From: Balanoglossus misakiensis
Taxonomy: Eukaryota; Animalia; Hemichordata
Length of the DNA: 64,000 bases
Direction of reading: 5' to 3'
Assembly (NCBI GenBank): GCA_040954595.2
Contig: CM082583.2
Location: forward strand, 8,604,254-8,668,253
The position numbers were made by a program, and so were the translations under genes. The notes below the pieces were generated by a model. It was not told the DNA's origin. It searched no databases and worked only from the letters and a program-made list of their open reading frames with translations. This document shows positions 63,295 to 64,000 of the stretch, in pieces. How positions within the stretch are numbered: the first letter of the stretch is position 1; every line of letters begins with the position of its first letter.

Positions 63295-63835
63295 TTACAC
63301 AAATGTAGGGCCCGTTCTCTTGCCACTTTTCAGTACTTTATCGATGTCTCGAAGCAAGCCCGACAGGTGAACCACATCTTCCTTTTTAGCCGATGTACTT
63401 CCCTGACTTGAGGAAACGGTTGTTTGTGCGCTTACTCCGCTGTGTGAATACACTGTCTGATCAATCTCTGTCCTGTTCGACTGCACAAAGGATGACTGTT
63501 CCTCCTTTAGAACGGTGAGTTTGATTGGACGTCTGGCCGACACGGGCGACATTCTGCCCAATGGCCTTTGCCTTTTGAAGCTCGCCGGCGCCAATCCTCT
63601 GTCGGCGTATTTCGAGGGGAGCCGCCTCCCCCTCTGGGTGATGGCCCTGTTTTTGTTTATATGCTTGAGGAGTATGGGAGCGGGAGGGAGGTCAAAGGTC
63701 ACGGCGTACTCCTCGTTGGGATTGATTCCCAGACTGTCAAGGGACTCCAAGTCATCACTGCTGATTAAATCCTCGTCGCTGACAGCACTGGCACGGGAGA
63801 GTTGTAATGATGGCAGGTCGGCAGTCAAATTTTCC
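63295..63835 (-). CDS. Last coding exon of a convergent gene; disordered C-terminus with a capping-protein-interaction (CPI)-like motif and a terminal class I PDZ-ligand-like TFV
   Basis: - strand acceptor accctctttttcag ending at 63836, phase 2; 179 open codons with coding-like GC to TAA at 63295; contains FDLPPAPILLKHINKNRAITQRGRRLPS. Confidence 0.8.
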
Positions 63836-64000
63836 CTGAAAAAGAGGGTGTGCACATTTGCATAAGTTTCAGTGAACCTTTTCATGGGTTCCCAGCCCAA
63901 AATATGCACAATAGAGATCGAGGAAATACTATTGCCCTGTAGCTATGGGTAGTAAACATTGCAATGTTGAATGGACACTCAGCTGTGTCAGTTTACTTTC

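Noticed and set aside
1-64000. CRISPR arrays, tRNA/rRNA genes, operons, autonomous transposon or retroelement ORFs
   Set aside because: No repeat-spacer periodicity, RNA gene signatures, transposase or reverse transcriptase motifs seen; the remaining 60-170 aa ORFs look like random intronic frames.

Overview
Eukaryotic (invertebrate-like, AT-rich, intron-rich) genomic DNA; no prokaryotic features. Most of the window is one + strand gene of the X11/Mint/LIN-10 (APBA) adaptor family. Eleven coding exons splice in frame: 13676-17418, 17778-18039, 18359-18401, 44649-44794, 52371-52457, 53799-54002, 56092-56271, 56477-56689, 56885-57004, 57384-57524, 57783-57854. They total 5211 nt, about 1736 aa: a ~1350 aa disordered N-terminus mostly on one 3.76 kb exon, then PTB, PDZ1, PDZ2 and a PLYL tail. 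One intron is GC-AG and one is 26 kb. A ~3.5 kb 3' UTR probably ends near 61410, about 90 nt from the putative poly(A) signal of a convergent - strand gene. That gene's last coding exon (63295-63835) carries a FAM21/CapZIP-type capping-protein-interaction motif. The most interesting extra signals are frame-preserving microexon candidates inside the PTB domain, a candidate poison exon, FFAT-like and CASK-binding motifs in the giant exon, several RFX X-boxes and strong TACATGTA over-representation. All family and motif calls come from reading the sequence and from memory; no searches were run.
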